From assembly GCA_039794085.1 (NCBI GenBank), contig JBDIWC010000006.1, positions 14,262-78,261 on the forward strand: a stretch of 64,000 bases of DNA. Reading direction: 5' to 3'. The position numbers and the translations under genes are program-made. Positions 29,617 through 37,985 of the stretch are shown here, piece after piece (position 1 is the first letter of the stretch; the number at the start of each line of letters is the position of its first letter). The notes below the pieces were generated by a model. That model was not told the origin of the DNA. It ran no database searches and saw nothing but the letters and a program-made list of their open reading frames with translations. This DNA is from Gemmatimonadales bacterium (lineage in GTDB: Bacteria; Gemmatimonadota; Gemmatimonadetes; Gemmatimonadales; GWC2-71-9).

Positions 29617-31191
29617 ATGTCCGTTCGTTCACGCAATTGGCTCAAGTTCGGTGGCCTGGTTGGGTTGGCGTTTGCCCTGGGGCTGCTCTTCGCGGGGTTG
29701 CTGGACCTCCCGAGTTCGGGAGTTGCCCAGCAGCAGGCCACTCCGGTGCTCCCCGCGCGGGGGGACCTCCGCTCTTCCCCGATCAATGGCACGCAGCCCC
29801 TCACCACACTCAGCGATGCCTTTGCCGCCGTGGTGGAGCATGTCCGGCCCAGCGTGGTGTACATCACCTCCATGCGGACCGGCACGACCACGGCTCGACG
29901 GCTTCCCCCCGGGTTCGAGCAGTTCTTCCAGAGACAGGAGCCCCAGGTGGAACGGGGGAGCGGATCGGGTTTCATCGTCTCCAATGATGGCTACATCCTG
30001 ACCAACAACCATGTCGTGGAAAATGCCGAGCGGGTTCAGGTCCGGCTGCTCGACCGTCGCGAATTCACGGCCAAGGTGATCGGTTCCGATCCCACGACCG
30101 ACGTGGCCGTCCTGAAGATCGACGCCACGGGACTGACCCCCGCGACGCTCGGCCAGAGCGGGTCGGCCCGGGTGGGCGAATGGGTTCTGGCCATCGGCAA
30201 TCCGCTGGGTGAGGGGCTCACCTTCACGGTGACCAGCGGGATCGTCAGCGCCAAGGGACGGGGATCCCTCGGGCTCGGCAACAACGCGGGCCTCGGGATC
30301 CAGGATTTCATCCAGACCGACGCCGCGATCAACCCCGGCAACTCGGGAGGGCCGCTCGTCAATGTGCGCGGCGAGGTAATCGGGATCAACTCGGCAATCG
30401 CCAGCCAGACCGGCTACAACGTGGGCTACGGGTTCGCCATCCCGATCGACCTGGCGAACAACGTCATGTCTCAATTGATCGCCACCGGCAAGGTGCAGCG
30501 GTCGGTGCTCGGAGTGAGCGTCCAGGATGTGACGGAGGAAGCGGCGGAGTATGCCGGTCTCGACCGTATCCATGGCGTGATCGTCCAAGGATTTACCGGC
30601 ACCAACTCTCCGGCCGAGCGGGCCGGTCTGGAGCGGGGAGACATCATCGTGTCGGTCGACGGTCAGCCGGTGGACTACATCGCCCAGCTGCAGCAGATGG
30701 TCGGGTTCCGCAAGCCCGGCGAGGTGGTCCGGGTCGAGGTGGCGCGCCGGAATGGCGCCCGGAAAACCTACCAGATCCGGCTCACCGCCCAGGATCCCGA
30801 GGAGCTTGCCTCGGGTGCCCAACCGGCCGAGGACCGTGGGTCACCCTCCCGGGACGGGAGCGAACTGAGCCGTCTGGGGATCCGGATGGAGTCGCTCACG
30901 CCGGAATGGACCCGCAACCTGCGGCTTCCGACGTCCGTCCGGGCGGGAGTGGTGGTGACCTCGATCACGCCAGGGGGACCCGCCGAGCGGGCAGGTCTGA
31001 TCCCCGCTGACAGGGGCGTGACCCCGGACATCATTACCGAGGTGGATGGATCGCCGGTTCGGAACGAGGCCGAACTGCGCGCGGCCCTGCAGAACGCGAG
31101 TGGGGTCGTCGCCCTCACCGTGTACAACCGGGGCGTCAACCAGGGCCTGGGAGAGTCCCGGATTGTCCATATCCGCCTCGACCCGAAGTAA
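29617..31191 (+). CDS. Do/DegP/HtrA-family periplasmic serine protease with two PDZ domains
   Basis: GSGFIVSNDGYILTNNHVV (His), D in TDVAVLKI, GNSGGPLVN (Ser). Two PDZ-like C-terminal repeats. Confidence 0.95.
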   Translation: MSVRSRNWLKFGGLVGLAFALGLLFAGLLDLPSSGVAQQQATPVLPARGDLRSSPINGTQPLTTLSDAFAAVVEHVRPSVVYITSMRTGTTTARRLPPGFEQFFQRQEPQVERGSGSGFIVSNDGYILTNNHVVENAERVQVRLLDRREFTAKVIGSDPTTDVAVLKIDATGLTPATLGQSGSARVGEWVLAIGNPLGEGLTFTVTSGIVSAKGRGSLGLGNNAGLGIQDFIQTDAAINPGNSGGPLVNVRGEVIGINSAIASQTGYNVGYGFAIPIDLANNVMSQLIATGKVQRSVLGVSVQDVTEEAAEYAGLDRIHGVIVQGFTGTNSPAERAGLERGDIIVSVDGQPVDYIAQLQQMVGFRKPGEVVRVEVARRNGARKTYQIRLTAQDPEELASGAQPAEDRGSPSRDGSELSRLGIRMESLTPEWTRNLRLPTSVRAGVVVTSITPGGPAERAGLIPADRGVTPDIITEVDGSPVRNEAELRAALQNASGVVALTVYNRGVNQGLGESRIVHIRLDPK

Positions 31192-31203
31192 AGCGGCCGC
31201 GGC

Positions 31204-31572
31204 CTACTTCTTGGGAGGGACCTCGATGCCGTTGGCCGAGGCCACCGAATCCCAGGCGGACCATCCCCAGCCTGTGAGCTGGCCATCCACCACCACGAGA
31301 GGCGTCAGGGACCGTGGGGCGGACTCGGCCAGCTCCTGGGCGGATTGCCCCTCCCGGGCATACAGCAACGCTTCGATGTAGTGTCCGTTGACGAGATAGG
31401 GAAGTTCGTGGGGCTGGGCGGCTCCCATGATGGACTGGGCGCTGTCTTTGGTGATCCCGACCGTCAGCGCACCGGTGCGGGGATCGGACGAGGAGCATGC
31501 GGCGGTGAGCAGCAGGGCTGCGGCGCAGAGTGTGGAGCGTGACACGGTGGTACTCCGGGGACAAGGGGTCAT
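31204..31572 (-). CDS. Small hypothetical lipoprotein
   Basis: Start chosen at MTPCPRSTTVSRSTLCAAALLLTAACSSS (lipobox LTAAC). 122 aa. Convergent with the htrA-like gene. Confidence 0.55.
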   Translation of the reverse strand: MTPCPRSTTVSRSTLCAAALLLTAACSSSDPRTGALTVGITKDSAQSIMGAAQPHELPYLVNGHYIEALLYAREGQSAQELAESAPRSLTPLVVVDGQLTGWGWSAWDSVASANGIEVPPKK

Positions 31573-31669
31573 GGCACCGGGGCAACCGGCAGGCCGCCCC
31601 GAGGGAAACCTAATCGCGGGGGGAAGCAAACGGAGTCCCGGCGACCTCAACCAGGAAAGGGCGACCCGC

Positions 31670-32047
31670 ATGCCAGGCGATCCTTCCGACCGGGATAAGG
31701 TCCTCGATCCCTCCATCCTGGAAAGCTACCGTCTGCTTCAGGAAGAGGGCGAACCGGACCTGATCACCGAGTTGGTCGATGCCTTCCTGGCAGACCTCGA
31801 GGAGCGGATCCGGGTCATCCGCCAGGCGATCGCCCGGGGAGATCCTGCGGCGCTTCGGTCCGCGGCCCACGCCCTCAAGGGAAGCGCCGGGACGGTGGGG
31901 GCCACGGGGCTCGCCCTTCGCTGCGGGGAGCTGGAGGCCGCGGGGCGCGAGGGCCGCCTGGAAGGGGCCGATCGTCTCCTGAAAGAACTCACCGAGCTGA
32001 TCCCGGGCGTCACCCTGGCGCTCACCGGCCTTCGGAAAACCTCCTGA
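31670..32047 (+). CDS. Hpt (histidine phosphotransfer) domain protein
   Basis: 125 aa. ...LRSAAHALKGSAGTVGATGL... canonical HxxKG Hpt motif. Confidence 0.8.
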   Translation: MPGDPSDRDKVLDPSILESYRLLQEEGEPDLITELVDAFLADLEERIRVIRQAIARGDPAALRSAAHALKGSAGTVGATGLALRCGELEAAGREGRLEGADRLLKELTELIPGVTLALTGLRKTS

Positions 32048-32114
32048 GGGCGGCGTCCCGCGCGGATCCCGGTCAACCTCCCGCCGGGACCGATGTAGTT
32101 TTCACTCCGCGCAG

Positions 32115-32196
32115 GCGAACGTGGCGAAACTGGCAGACGCGCAGGACTTAGGATCCTGTGGGGAAACCCATCCGGGTTCGACTCCCGGCGTTCGCA
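32115..32196 (+). tRNA. tRNA-Leu (anticodon UAG)
   Basis: Hand-folded cloverleaf: acceptor GCGAACG/CGTTCGC, D-arm GCG-AAACTGGCAGA-CGC, anticodon stem CAGGA/TCCTG with loop CTTAGGA, long variable arm TGGGGAAACCCAT, T-arm CCGGG-TTCGACT-CCCGG, discriminator A. CCA not encoded. Confidence 0.9.
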
Positions 32197-32649
32197 TCAG
32201 GAAGTTCGGTCGGTCCGGGAGTTCGGGGGTGGAGCAGATCGGTGAATGGCCAGGCGCACCGAGTCGATGAGCAGTTCCAGATCATCCAGCTTGGAGTGGA
32301 GCGGAGCATCGAGCTCCTCCGCCATCTGCTGCACCACACCCTCCTCGGCCACTCCGGTGAAGAACACGAGGCGACCCCGCAGATCCGGCCGGATCTCCAG
32401 CATGAGAGGGTGCAGGTGCTCGCCTCCCAGGGAGGTCGGCATGAGGATATCGAGAATCACGGCGTCTATCGGTCCGGGCTCCCGGGCGATGGCCAGCGCT
32501 TCGTCTCCTCCCGATGCCTCGACCACGTGGAAACCGGCGCGTTCCAGCGTGCGACGGACCACCGACCGCACTGCGGGCTCATCATCCACGAGGAGAACCG
32601 TCGGTGGAGAACCTTTCCCGCGGGTTTCGGGTGTCCGGGAGAGTGGCAT
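32197..32649 (-). CDS. Stand-alone response regulator receiver (CheY-like)
   Basis: VLLVDDEPAVRSVV...IDAVILDILMP...FFTG receiver motifs. Stop codon directly abuts the tRNA 3' end. Confidence 0.85.
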   Translation of the reverse strand: MPLSRTPETRGKGSPPTVLLVDDEPAVRSVVRRTLERAGFHVVEASGGDEALAIAREPGPIDAVILDILMPTSLGGEHLHPLMLEIRPDLRGRLVFFTGVAEEGVVQQMAEELDAPLHSKLDDLELLIDSVRLAIHRSAPPPNSRTDRTS

Positions 32650-32734
32650 GTGTCAGTAAAGCTACGCCAATTCGTCTCCGGGCGAAACCGGCAAATTGAC
32701 CCCCTTCGTAGGAACCGGGTAGATTTGTTCCCCT

Positions 32735-33988
32735 ATGACTGATATCCAGGTTCAGAAGACCGGTGAAGACCTCGCGTCCCGCTCGTTGCAGATCACGATC
32801 CCGGTGGACCGCGTGGCCGCCGCCGAGGCCCACGCCGTACGGCACTACACCCGCCGGGCTCGTGTCCCGGGTTTTCGGCCGGGAAAGGCCCCCGAGGCCG
32901 TCATCCGAAAGCGGTTCAGCTCCGAGATCCGGGAATCGGCCCTGCAGGAGGTTCTGCGGGCCGGCTGGGAACGGGCCAAGGAATCCGAGTCTCTTGCTCC
33001 GATAGCCGACCCCTCAATCCGGAACCTCAAGTATGAGGACGGTCAGCCGGTGGAGTTCGAGCTGCTGGTCGAGGTTCAGCCGAAGCTGACTCTCGGGAGA
33101 ACGGGCGGCTTCACGGTCACCCGCACCCTCCCCACTGTGAGCGATGACCAGGTTGGGGAGCAGATCGAGAAGCTTCGGGAGGAGAAGGCGGCCTGGATCC
33201 CGGTGGAGGGAGAGCGCCCCGGTCCGGGGCACATGGTCCGGGTTGAGGTTGCTCCCCTCGAGGAGGGCACGGCGCACGAGGCCAAGCCCTACACGATGGT
33301 CCTTGGCTCGGGGCAGGCGATTCCCGACTTGGAGGAAAAGATCATGCACCTTCTCCCCGGGGAGCAGGTGGAGACCGAGGTCCGCTTTCCGGATGATTTT
33401 GAGGATGAAACGCGCCGGGGCCAGACCCGACGGGTACAAATCGTGCTGCACGACGTGAAGCGGCAGGAACTTCCTCCCCTGGACGACTCGTTCGCCCGGG
33501 AACTGGGGGAGTTTGACTCCCTGGAAGCCGTGCGGGCCGCGGTCCGCGCCGACCTGGAGGCTGAGGCCTCCCGGAGTGCGGATGCCGAGGTCCGGGCCCA
33601 GTTGATCCGGCGGATTGCGGAGACGAACCGGGTCGAGGCGCCGCGAGCCATGGTGGAGCGGGTTCTGGGGGCCTTTGCCCAGGCCTACGAGGTTCCGGAG
33701 GACCGGTTCGAGACCTTTGCGCAACAGTTTGCTCCCATCGCGGCGGAGCGGGTGGTCCGCGACCTGATCATCGGAGCGGTGGCGGAGGCGGAATCCCTGA
33801 GGGCCACGGAGGAGGATATCGATGCCCGGGTGGCTCACATCGCGGAGGGCCGGGGTGTCCCGGCGGGCCAGGTCTATGCCTCGCTCCAGAAGGCCAACCG
33901 TCTGGCCGAAATAGAAATGTCCGTGACGGAAGAGAAGGTCTTCGCCTTCCTCCTGTCCACGTCCACCGTGACCGAGGTCGCCTCGTGA
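32735..33988 (+). CDS. tig: Trigger factor
   Basis: 417 aa. ...[21 protein letters not shown]... signature. Followed by clpP-clpX as in many bacteria. Confidence 0.95.
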   Translation: MTDIQVQKTGEDLASRSLQITIPVDRVAAAEAHAVRHYTRRARVPGFRPGKAPEAVIRKRFSSEIRESALQEVLRAGWERAKESESLAPIADPSIRNLKYEDGQPVEFELLVEVQPKLTLGRTGGFTVTRTLPTVSDDQVGEQIEKLREEKAAWIPVEGERPGPGHMVRVEVAPLEEGTAHEAKPYTMVLGSGQAIPDLEEKIMHLLPGEQVETEVRFPDDFEDETRRGQTRRVQIVLHDVKRQELPPLDDSFARELGEFDSLEAVRAAVRADLEAEASRSADAEVRAQLIRRIAETNRVEAPRAMVERVLGAFAQAYEVPEDRFETFAQQFAPIAAERVVRDLIIGAVAEAESLRATEEDIDARVAHIAEGRGVPAGQVYASLQKANRLAEIEMSVTEEKVFAFLLSTSTVTEVAS

Positions 33989-34608
33989 CGACGTCCGCCC
34001 TGTATCCGCCCTACATCATCGAACGGTCGAGCCGGGGAGAGCGCACCTACGACATCTTCTCCCGGCTCCTCATGGACCGGATCGTCTTCCTGGGGGCGCC
34101 GATCAACGACGACGTGGCGAACATCATCATCGCCCAGTTGCTCTTTCTCGATGCGGACAACGCGGAGAAGGACATCTACCTCTACATCAACTCCCCCGGG
34201 GGTGTGGTGTCGAGCGGGATGGCGATCTATGACACCATGCAGCACCTGCGGGCGCCGATCAACACCATCTGCATGGGGATGGCCGCCTCGATGGGGTCCT
34301 TCCTCCTGGCGGCCGGGCGGGCGGGCAAGCGCAGCGCCTTGCCCCACGCTCGGCTCATGATCCACCAACCGTCGGGCGGCACCCAGGGAACCGCGGCGGA
34401 CATCGAGATCCAGGCACGGGAAATCCTCTATCTTCGGCGCCGGATCAACGAGCTCTACGCTCACCACACGGGGCAGACGGTGGAGACGATCGAGAAGGAC
34501 ATGGACCGGGACCGGTTCATGAGCGCGGAGGAGGCGAAGGACTACGGCCTCATCGACACCGTGTTCACGCCCCGGGCCGCTCCGGCATCCGGAGGCAAGA
34601 CACCTTGA
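33985..34608 (+). CDS. clpP: ATP-dependent Clp protease proteolytic subunit
   Basis: [40 protein letters not shown] (Ser), HQP (His). GTG start overlaps the tig stop. Confidence 0.97.
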   Translation: MTTSALYPPYIIERSSRGERTYDIFSRLLMDRIVFLGAPINDDVANIIIAQLLFLDADNAEKDIYLYINSPGGVVSSGMAIYDTMQHLRAPINTICMGMAASMGSFLLAAGRAGKRSALPHARLMIHQPSGGTQGTAADIEIQAREILYLRRRINELYAHHTGQTVETIEKDMDRDRFMSAEEAKDYGLIDTVFTPRAAPASGGKTP

Positions 34609-34669
34609 CGGGACGGCGGGAGTGGCGGCACCTTCCGGCACCCCTCAGTGATTGGCGGCGGTGACCCCC

Positions 34670-35917
34670 ATGTCCACCGACAAGCATCTGCGCTGCTCCT
34701 TCTGCGGAAAGTCCAAGGACTCGGTCCGGAAGTTCATCTCGGGTCCGTCCGTATACATCTGCAACGAGTGCATCACCCTCTGCAACGAGATCCTGGCGGA
34801 GGACGAAGAGCGGGAGGTCATCGATCGGATCACCCAGGTCCCGATCCCCGCGGAGATCAAGGCCACTCTCGATGAGTATGTGGTGGGGCAGGAACGGGCC
34901 AAGCGAACGCTGGCCGTGGCGGTCTACAATCACTACAAGCGGATCAACGCGGCCGGCAACCGGGATGGCGGCGTCGAGCTCGACAAGTCCAACATCCTTC
35001 TCATCGGCCCCACCGGGGTGGGCAAGACCCTCTTGGCCCAGACCCTCGCCCGCATCCTCGACGTGCCCTTCACCATCGCCGACGCCACGACGCTGACCGA
35101 GGCCGGCTATGTGGGGGAGGACGTGGAGAACATCCTGGTCCGGTTGCTCCAGGCCGGGGAGTTCAACGTGTCCGAGTGCGAACGCGGCATCGTCTACATC
35201 GACGAGATCGACAAGATCGCGCGGAAGAGCGAGAACCCGAGCATCACGCGCGACGTGAGCGGCGAAGGGGTCCAGCAGGCGCTTCTGAAGATCCTGGAGG
35301 GCACGGTGGCCTCCGTTCCGCCGCAGGGCGGGCGCAAGCATCCCCAGCAGGAATACATCCAGATCAACACGAAGGACATCCTGTTCATCTGTGGCGGAGC
35401 CTTCGACGGGCTGGAGAAGATCATCGAGGCCCGGCTCGGCCGGCAGCAGATCGGGTTTGCCACCGGCGCCGACACCGACGTGGTCGAGTTCGACGCGGGG
35501 ACTCCGTACGCCAACGTCGAGCCGGACGATCTCCTCCATTTCGGTCTCATCCCGGAGCTGGTGGGCCGCCTCCCGGTGCTGGTGGCGCTGGATTCGCTCG
35601 ACGAGGACGCCCTGGTGCAGATCCTGCTCGAGCCGAAGAACGCGCTCACCAAGCAATACACCAAGCTCTTCGACATGGAGAAAGTCGGGCTGACCTTCGC
35701 CCCCGAGGCGCTGCGGGCCCTGGCGCGTCTCGCGATCAAGCGACGGACCGGGGCGCGCGGCCTTCGCGCCATCCTGGAAACGGTCATGACGGACATCATG
35801 TTCGATCTCCCGTCGCGGGATGACGTGCGCGAGGTGGTCATCACCCCGGAATCGATCACGGAGCGCACCACGCCCCTGATCATCACGGAACGGCCGCGCG
35901 CCAAGCGCGAGGCCTGA
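34670..35917 (+). CDS. clpX: ATP-dependent Clp protease ATP-binding subunit ClpX
   Basis: Zinc-finger CSFCGK...CNEC, Walker A GPTGVGKT, Walker [13 protein letters not shown] 34670 preferred over TTG 34652. Confidence 0.96.
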   Translation: MSTDKHLRCSFCGKSKDSVRKFISGPSVYICNECITLCNEILAEDEEREVIDRITQVPIPAEIKATLDEYVVGQERAKRTLAVAVYNHYKRINAAGNRDGGVELDKSNILLIGPTGVGKTLLAQTLARILDVPFTIADATTLTEAGYVGEDVENILVRLLQAGEFNVSECERGIVYIDEIDKIARKSENPSITRDVSGEGVQQALLKILEGTVASVPPQGGRKHPQQEYIQINTKDILFICGGAFDGLEKIIEARLGRQQIGFATGADTDVVEFDAGTPYANVEPDDLLHFGLIPELVGRLPVLVALDSLDEDALVQILLEPKNALTKQYTKLFDMEKVGLTFAPEALRALARLAIKRRTGARGLRAILETVMTDIMFDLPSRDDVREVVITPESITERTTPLIITERPRAKREA

Positions 35918-35928
35918 ACCTCGCCGAC

Positions 35929-36558
35929 GTGGCCTTTCCTCCCTCCCGGCTGACAACCCAGGCAGTCACCTTTCGGGGCAGTTTTGCCGATCCCCGGCAG
36001 GCTCTCGACCCGGTGCTGCCGGAGGTGGCCTTTGTGGGGCGGTCCAACGTGGGCAAGTCGAGCCTGCTGAATGCCCTGGTCGGCCGGAAGCAGTTGGCCC
36101 GGGTGAGCGGCACCCCGGGCAAGACCCAGTTGATGAACGTATTTCACCTCCCCGGACTGTACCTGGTCGACCTTCCGGGCTACGGCTATGCGCGCGCGTC
36201 CCGCGACGCCCGGGCCGAGTTTCGGCGACTGGTCGACGCGTACCTGAGAACGCGGGAGACTCTGGCCGGGGTCGTGTGGCTGCTCGATGTGAGGCACCCA
36301 CCTTCCGCCGAGGACCGGGCCATGCAGGAGCTGCTGATCGAGTCGGAACGGCCGATCCTCGCCGCGCTCACCAAGATCGACAAGTTCGCTCCCCGGCGGC
36401 GGCGGGAGGCGATCCTGGAGCGCAGCACGGAGCTCGGCCTCCCGCCGTCGGAGGTGCTCCCGGTGAGCAGTGAGACGGGTGAGGGTCTCGCGGATCTGGG
36501 GGAGAGTCTTCTGGCGCTGATGGACCAGTCGGTGGGAGGGATCAGCGGCCCCTCGTAG
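35929..36558 (+). CDS. engB: Ribosome biogenesis GTPase YihA/EngB
   Basis: FVGRSNVGKSSLLNAL (G1), GKTQ, DLPGYGYA (G3), TKIDK (G4). Confidence 0.92.
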   Translation: MAFPPSRLTTQAVTFRGSFADPRQALDPVLPEVAFVGRSNVGKSSLLNALVGRKQLARVSGTPGKTQLMNVFHLPGLYLVDLPGYGYARASRDARAEFRRLVDAYLRTRETLAGVVWLLDVRHPPSAEDRAMQELLIESERPILAALTKIDKFAPRRRREAILERSTELGLPPSEVLPVSSETGEGLADLGESLLALMDQSVGGISGPS

Positions 36559-36678
36559 GGACTCCCCGTCGTCGACATGCCGCCTTCTCACGACAGGCCC
36601 CTGCACCCGTACACGTACCCGTACCCCGTTCAATCCCGGAACGCAGGGCGGCCCACGGACTGCCCCTACTGAACAGTG

Positions 36679-36920
36679 AATGACCACCGCCAGAGGCGGT
36701 GGCTTCAGGGGGACATCTGGAAGAGGCTACAGGTGCGCCGATCCTGCTCCTGTGCCGCTCTTCCTCCCCCGATAGCGGACATAGTGCCGGATCACTGCCT
36801 CATCGACACCGACCGTGCTCTCAAAGTACCCCGGGGCGAAAATGATTCCCCCAAGACCAGGTCCTGGCGTAGCCGACGGTACATAACCACCGCCAAAGGC
36901 GGTGGGTTCTCCGGGGGGAC
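36679..36920. mobile_element. Decayed IS200/IS605-like element: two near-identical subterminal-type hairpins flanking a transposase C-terminal remnant
   Basis: Hairpins CCACCGCC-AGA-GGCGGTGG (36684-36702) and CCACCGCC-AAA-GGCGGTGG (36887-36905). Same orientation, similar 3' flanks (cTTCaGGGGGAC / gTTCtccGGGGGGAC). Confidence 0.45.
36760..36849 (-). pseudogene. Remnant of IS200-type Y1 transposase (TnpA) C-terminus
   Basis: Minus-strand frame reads ...GGIIFAPGYFESTVGVDEAVIRHYVRYRG, matching the conserved FW.RGYF.STVG.DE..I..YI..Q end of IS200 TnpA. No N-terminal HUH/Tyr region present. Confidence 0.45.
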
Positions 36921-37000
36921 TGAAAACTGAACTGAAAACCGCTTGCACTCGCCGCCGGGTGGGATAGGTTTCCGTCATCCTTCACCGGCGCCGTGCCCCC

Positions 37001-37837
37001 ATGCCCCTTAGCCCGCTTCGCACTCTCGCCCTCCCCGCCCCGGTCCAGGCCGTTCACGATCAGTGGATCGGCGATCTGGAGAGTGCCCTCTCCGCACCGG
37101 ATGCCGACTGGAACCTCATTGTGCGTGACACACTGCGCGCCCTCTGGTACCCTGGCCTGTCCGATATCGAGGGGGTGATGGACGATCCCGCGACCCCGGC
37201 TCCCACCCGGGCGTCCCTCCTGGCGCTCGACCCCCGCCACGTCACCCTGGAGCCGGAATACTACGCGGATGTGGACCTCGACAGATTCCGGCGGGTCAAG
37301 CCGCTGCTCTGGCTCTGGTACAGCTTCGATCGCAGTCCCCTCGGCGGGCAGAACGTCGATCTCGGAGTCCGGCTCCGGCGCACCCTGGCCCCCCGGATTT
37401 TCAAGCGCTGCGGACGGAACTTCAAGTGTTTTCAGCATACGGAGTTCTCGTACGGGTACAATCTGGAAGTGGGGGACGACGTGGTGGTACACCGCCACGT
37501 CCTGCTCGACGACCGGGGCGGCATCGTCCTGGGCGACCGGGTGAGCATCGCGGATTATGCCAACATCTACAGCCACACCCACAGCATCGTGGACCAGAAG
37601 GATGTCACGACACTCCCCACCGTCCTTGAGGCGGATGTCCGGATCACCTACCATGCCACCGTGCTGGCCGGAGTGCGGGTCGGGGAGAACGGGATGGTGG
37701 GCGCGGGAGCGATGGCGACGAAGAGCGTGCGGGCCTACCATGTGAACGTCGGGGTCCCCGCCAAGTCGGTCATGATCAAGCCCAATGCCCCCCCCTCGGC
37801 CCGCACCACGGAGCGTGTCCCTCCCCGGGATGCCTGA
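37001..37837 (+). CDS. Left-handed beta-helix (hexapeptide repeat) acyltransferase
   Basis: 278 aa. Hexapeptide repeats VGDDVVVHRHVLLDDRGGIVLGDRVSIADYANIYSH...VRITYHATVLAGVRVGENGMVGAGAMA. Confidence 0.75.
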   Translation: MPLSPLRTLALPAPVQAVHDQWIGDLESALSAPDADWNLIVRDTLRALWYPGLSDIEGVMDDPATPAPTRASLLALDPRHVTLEPEYYADVDLDRFRRVKPLLWLWYSFDRSPLGGQNVDLGVRLRRTLAPRIFKRCGRNFKCFQHTEFSYGYNLEVGDDVVVHRHVLLDDRGGIVLGDRVSIADYANIYSHTHSIVDQKDVTTLPTVLEADVRITYHATVLAGVRVGENGMVGAGAMATKSVRAYHVNVGVPAKSVMIKPNAPPSARTTERVPPRDA

Positions 37838-37985
37838 GAGCCGAGGCGGGAAGCGGTTCACCCGTACGTGACACAGTCGTTGCACAGGCGTTGACACTTC
37901 GACACGGAGTCCGGGGATCTTTGCGGTCTCCGGTCGCCCCCTGTGACCGGGAGAACAACATTCCCCGATCACTCGAGGGCTCCCC

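Noticed and set aside
36727-36978. 83-aa minus-strand ORF treated as an intact small gene
   Set aside because: Only about 30 residues resemble an IS200 TnpA C-terminus and the remainder has no similarity. It spans one of the flanking hairpins, so it was called a remnant rather than a functional CDS.
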